64,000 nucleotides of DNA. Source: Rhizodiscina lignyota (Eukaryota). The position numbers and the translations under genes are program-made. The stretch spans positions 310,001-374,000 of the forward strand of contig ML978137.1 of assembly GCA_010015805.1 (NCBI GenBank), written 5' to 3'. Positions within the stretch are counted from its first letter, which is position 1. Every line of letters begins with the position of its first letter. The notes under the pieces were generated by a model. It saw only the letters and a program-made list of their open reading frames with translations. It was not told the origin of the DNA and searched no databases. Positions 59,775-64,000 of the stretch are shown here, in pieces.

Positions 59775-60873
59775 ATGGTTTCTAAACAGAAAGTGGCACT
59801 GGTAACTGGCGGAGGTCTGAATCAATTATGATGTGTGCGTCACAAGGATTCTAATTTGAGTCTCACAGCGTCTGGGATGGGCCTTGGAGTTGTCGAACGC
59901 TTGATTCAACTCGGATGGAACGTCACGATCCTCGATTTCAATCCTAAGAATGGAAAGGAGGTTGAACAGAGATTCGCGCCCCAGCTCCAGTACGTCAAGG
60001 GCAATGTAGTCAACTACGAAGACCAGGCAAATTGCTTTGTTCAGTCATGGGAGAGATGGGGAAGGCTTGATCTAGGTTGGACACCACTGTCACAACAACC
60101 AGTTCTTCCACAAGGCTGACGATACATAGTTTTTGCAAGCGCGGTATCTCCATCTCGTTCCACGTACGTGGCCGACTTCTAATCCGAAGAGCCGATTATC
60201 ACAGGGTATCGGGGAGCGAAGCAACTTCTACGCTCCAGCAGAAGAGAATCCAGATGGCTCGCCCAAGAAGCCTGATACGCTCGTGATGGACGTTTGCCTA
60301 CAAGGCATTGTCTGGACCGCCTATCTAGCGCTGCATTACTTCCGTAAGAACGAGTCGAAGGCAGGGAAGCTGGTGTTCAACAGCAGCCTGTCGGGCTTAT
60401 ACCCGACTCCCGCGATGCCTCTGTACTCAGCGTCCAAGAGCGGAGTCAGTATCCCGATCCTGCGCCTTGCCTGTCTGTTAACGTGGCCCATGCAGGTCGT
60501 TGCCCTGGCAAGGTCACTTGGGATGAGGCTCAAAGAGCTCGGAGAACCGATCACCGTTAATGCCATCTGCCCAGGCTGTGTGCCAACGCCGCTGGTTCCG
60601 CAGGCACTGGTGGATGCACTCCCTGGCGAGCACTTGACGCCGATGCCGACCATAGTGAAAGCCGTGGAAGGATTTATTGATGACGAGTCTTTGAGAGGAC
60701 AGGTTGCTGAATGCAGTGCTCATGATGTCATCTTTCGTCAAATACTGCCGTATGGAAATGAGGCGTCTAAGTTTGTCACGGAAGGATGGTACACGATGCC
60801 GATGGACTATTCAGCTATAATGCAGTGGAGGGAGGTTAAAATTGCGGAACTGGAAGAACTGCTGCGGTCGTGA
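59775..60873 (+). CDS. Short-chain dehydrogenase/reductase (15-hydroxyprostaglandin-DH-like)
   Basis: VALVTGG|ASGMG; GRLDL|VFASA|GIGE via a 14-nt micro-exon 60130-60143; YSASK catalytic motif; VNAICPG; four introns. Confidence 0.92.
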
Positions 60874-61018
60874 TCTAGATGTGAACTCTTACTTTCCACC
60901 CTTGTTGCGTTAAAAAAATAAAATTGATTGCAATCCTTGTTGAGTGTGGAAATGCTCTATTCCTGAGCAAATTCCTAAGAAACTCCCAACTCCTACCGAT
61001 CCATGTCCTAGAGAGGCT

Positions 61019-62546
61019 TCATCTTCTCTTTACCGCGGTCCCGTTTCCGTTTGCTTTGCTTGAGCTGTCACCATGGTCATGGGCGTGGTTGTGCTCATGC
61101 TCTTCTTCCGGTTCTGGGCTCGATCGAGCACTAACGCTGGGAGAGATGAACTCATTCATGAACTCAGGCTCAGCATCGCCAGGTACAAACCGGATCCGTA
61201 CTCTTCTTGCACCGCGTACCTTCGCGCCGATTCTTTCGCGGACAGCTTGCTCGACTGGCTGCAACTCGGAAACCGTCCACTGGGCAGGAACCTTGAGCTC
61301 GATTTCCATTAAATATGTTTGTCCTGCCTTGACGCCCTGAATGCTGCCAACTTGGACATGGTGGTCCGCGCTTGCAGCAATCAAAGCTTTCGATGCGGCG
61401 CCATGGACCTTGGCTTTGACTTCGTCGTCCATTCCAGCATCTGCCAGTTCGTTCAGGGCTGCCCTAGTATTTCCCCATCCGGTTCGAACAACGAGCCATG
61501 TAATAAGCAGACCGCCTATTGAATCTGCACCGTGGAAAGCAGGGAAGATGTTTGAGATACCAATCGACACCATGGCGGCAATGCTGGTCATAGAATCAAC
61601 GCGGTGATGGACCGCATTGGACTCCAAGACGGACGACTTCCGTTCTTTTGCCACTTTGAGAGCTGCGTATGTCTCGTGAGCACGTCTATTTCTTCCAAAA
61701 CGCAAGGTGCTACTCACTCGCTCTATACAACCACTCTTTGATCAGTATTGAAGCCCCTGCGAGCCAAGCTGCGCCCATGCCCGGAATGTGGTGACTGTGT
61801 CCATGAGAGTGCCCAAAGATGCCTAGAGACTCCATTGCCTCAGCAGCCACAGGGAGGTATATGCGACAGAGATCCATTATGGCTGACCAGCCCATGAGTA
61901 CGCCTCCGAGCAGCAGAATGCTGCTGACTCCTAGCGATCCCAAACTTTCTACTTTGCCGTATCCGAATGGGAACTTCGGAGTGGGTGGTTTGAGCGCCCA
62001 TGAGATGGTGGCAAGCGTCATGAAGTCGCTGACGAGGTCTGTTAAGGAGTGTACTGCATCGGCTAGGAGTGCTGTGGTCGCGTGGTCAGTTATTGTTCCA
62101 ATGATGGCCATCAGGGGCTACCGCAGCGCACCTTGACTATGAAAGACATAACCGCCAACGCCTTTCCCAACGGCCATTCCAAGGTTAACATAAAGACCGA
62201 TGCGGGTGATTCGCACACCCGCATCGTTCTTGTTGGTGGATGTGAGATAGACATTGTCCTGGTGGCTGTGGTGCGAATGGTGGGAGTGGCTCGAGTGCGT
62301 CCGGGTGAGCGGAGGGCCTAAACTCGCGGGATCCATAGTGACAGGCAGATGCTGTTGCTTGTTGAAGATGAAAGGAGAGAAGTTATGGCGTGGAGGAGCG
62401 GTAGGGCGGGGGGATCGATCCCTGAGTTGAGACGGTGTCCATAGCACGCGTGTGGTCTTACAGGGCTGAACAACGCCTTTTAGGCCAATGCTATTGGTGA
62501 AGCCACGTAACAAAGAGGCCTGCCCATTGCATTGTCGCAAGAGCAT
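61019..62546 (-). CDS. Mitochondrial cation diffusion facilitator (Mmt1/Mmt2-like iron transporter)
   Basis: Presequence, His-rich HSSHSHHSHHSH, RITRIGLYVN, ADAVHSLTDLVSD, FPFGYGKVE, SNAVHHRVDS; two introns. Confidence 0.92.
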
Positions 62547-63892
62547 GAAGAGGTCGGATGCAGAGCACGACGTCACGAGCCAAATGCCGACGTGAGCATC
62601 AAGGGCGGCGCGTTCGAGGAAGAGCAGGCTTCCCAGAAATTTGGGAGAGTTCGCGCGTCACTCATCCATGAAGCCAGCTAGACCTCTCCCGCTCCTTCTC
62701 CACCCAATTGCATTTCGGCGCCGTTTGCAGCGCATGCAAAACTCTCCGCCAAATTCCACTCCAGAGATGCTACGAAGCACATCAATGGGCCTCGAAAACC
62801 TGGCCGCAGACCAATGGCTTTGCGCGTCCACGGTCTTTTTGAGAAGATTAAGGGCAATTTCTGCCCGAAGCAGCTGGATGGCGCGCCTGGCCGCATAGAT
62901 CTGACCATTCTGGGGGATCGCCACGCCCTTAATCTCTATTTCAACCGGGCTTCAAGCCACTATCGCCGTTTGCAGTCCATTTAGCGGTTGTTACAGTATC
63001 AAGCGAAAGAGCAGAGCAGCCACAGGCCCCTTAATAGACCTCAGAATGGGGAGGACCCATCAACTAAGCGCCGGCCTCCTGCGACCAACACCAGCCCTAC
63101 ATCTGCTAGACGCGAACAGCTCACCACTGGCCCACTCCACGACCACAAGCGATTACGCCCAGCACAACCAACCTCGAAAAAACGCCTCTCGTAGGCGCCT
63201 GGTAGTCTCCCATGCTGCCCTCGAATCCGCCTTGACTCGGCTAAAGCCACCCTCGAGCACCTGTTCTCTCCGGCTGGCCTATCCATTCGGCCCCCTCCAC
63301 AGTCTTCATTGTTGCCATGAGCAGACGCGCCTGCGCAGGCCTTCATTTCGTTTCAGGATCGGCGACTTTGAGCAGCCGTCGACTGTCACCATTGTCTTCT
63401 CCTCAGTAGCCGCGGCGTCTAGGGAAACTGGCATCTGTTTCATGCATCCGTACCACCACTGTGCATTGGACACTTGTACCTGACGGGCCGTGCCTCCCAC
63501 TCTGCTTGCCTTTAACGTCCTCTTAAAATGAGGCACAGCAGCAGAGTCTGATATATAGATGGTGTGGAGCGTTGTGGTATCCAGCCTGTCAGATTTTTGC
63601 TCACAGGCGCGTGAAACATCTCAAAACGCCTTTACTGCTCTTACCTCTCCTATATTGCTTCATATCCATTATCTCTTGTTTGAAGTTCGATCATTTGTCT
63701 ATTAGCGAGAGTGTCGCCTCTAATATCTCGATACACTAATCATAATTGACCACCCCCTTGGCCTCTCCTTTTCCCCGCATACGCCTTCCAGTCCTCCCCT
63801 TTCACTTGCATTCCTCACGATCTCAGCGACAACCACCAAAGCTGGATCTCAGCATCCTGCTTCTGTCGAGGCCTCATTCGTCCAGTTGGGAC

Positions 63893-64000
63893 ATGCCCAA
63901 GGAACTCAGGGCAGCCTCCTACATGCAGCGAGCAGCTCCAGTCGTTCTCCCGTCCGATTACACGCCGTCCTCCCGATCATCATCAGCATGGACGGCAGAG
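63893..64000 (+). CDS. Possible 5' end of a gene truncated by the window edge
   Basis: TATA-like and pyrimidine-rich promoter sequence at 63550-63820; ATG 63893 is open to the end, with an alternative ATG at 63988. Confidence 0.3.
   Translation, partial: MPKELRAASYMQRAAPVVLPSDYTPSSRSSSAWTAE

Noticed and set aside
23438..60495. Several stop-free 3n introns (sugar porter 57 nt, lipase 63 nt, xylulokinase 60 nt, SDR 51 nt)
   Set aside because: With a few dozen short introns in the window a handful is expected by chance, and all have canonical splice signals.

Overview
Eukaryotic DNA from a filamentous ascomycete (Pezizomycotina, probably a Dothideomycete; inferred from short GT-AG introns with CTRAC branch points and the gene families present). 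About 22 protein-coding genes are recognisable, mostly housekeeping: HAS1 RNA helicase, separase, xylulokinase, a mitochondrial CDF metal transporter, a PDH protein X-like gene, a sugar porter, a 12-knuckle CCHC protein, hydrolases, an SDR, a HET-domain gene, and RRM, WD40 and MARVEL proteins. I found no rRNA, tRNA, CRISPR array or intact mobile element. The outstanding signal is a C2H2 zinc-finger transcription factor locus (about 13.2-16.5 kb). Its zinc-finger ORF ends at TGA 15991-15993, followed directly by the readthrough hexamer CAATTA and a GC-rich stem-loop 9 nt downstream. The same frame then stays open for 173 codon-biased codons and ends in a TGA-TGA double stop. This is the full signature of programmed stop-codon readthrough adding a hidden C-terminal domain. 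The same gene has two in-phase alternative 5' splice donors around a 149-codon cassette, a long AUG-poor spliced leader and about 5.8 kb of gene-free upstream DNA. Other oddities are a protein X homologue with no lipoyl domain, a frameshifted HET gene, a fluoroacetate-dehalogenase-like hydrolase, a CAG/TAG tandem acceptor that toggles a stop codon, and a possible RIP-degraded relic. All calls come from reading the sequence; no searches were run.
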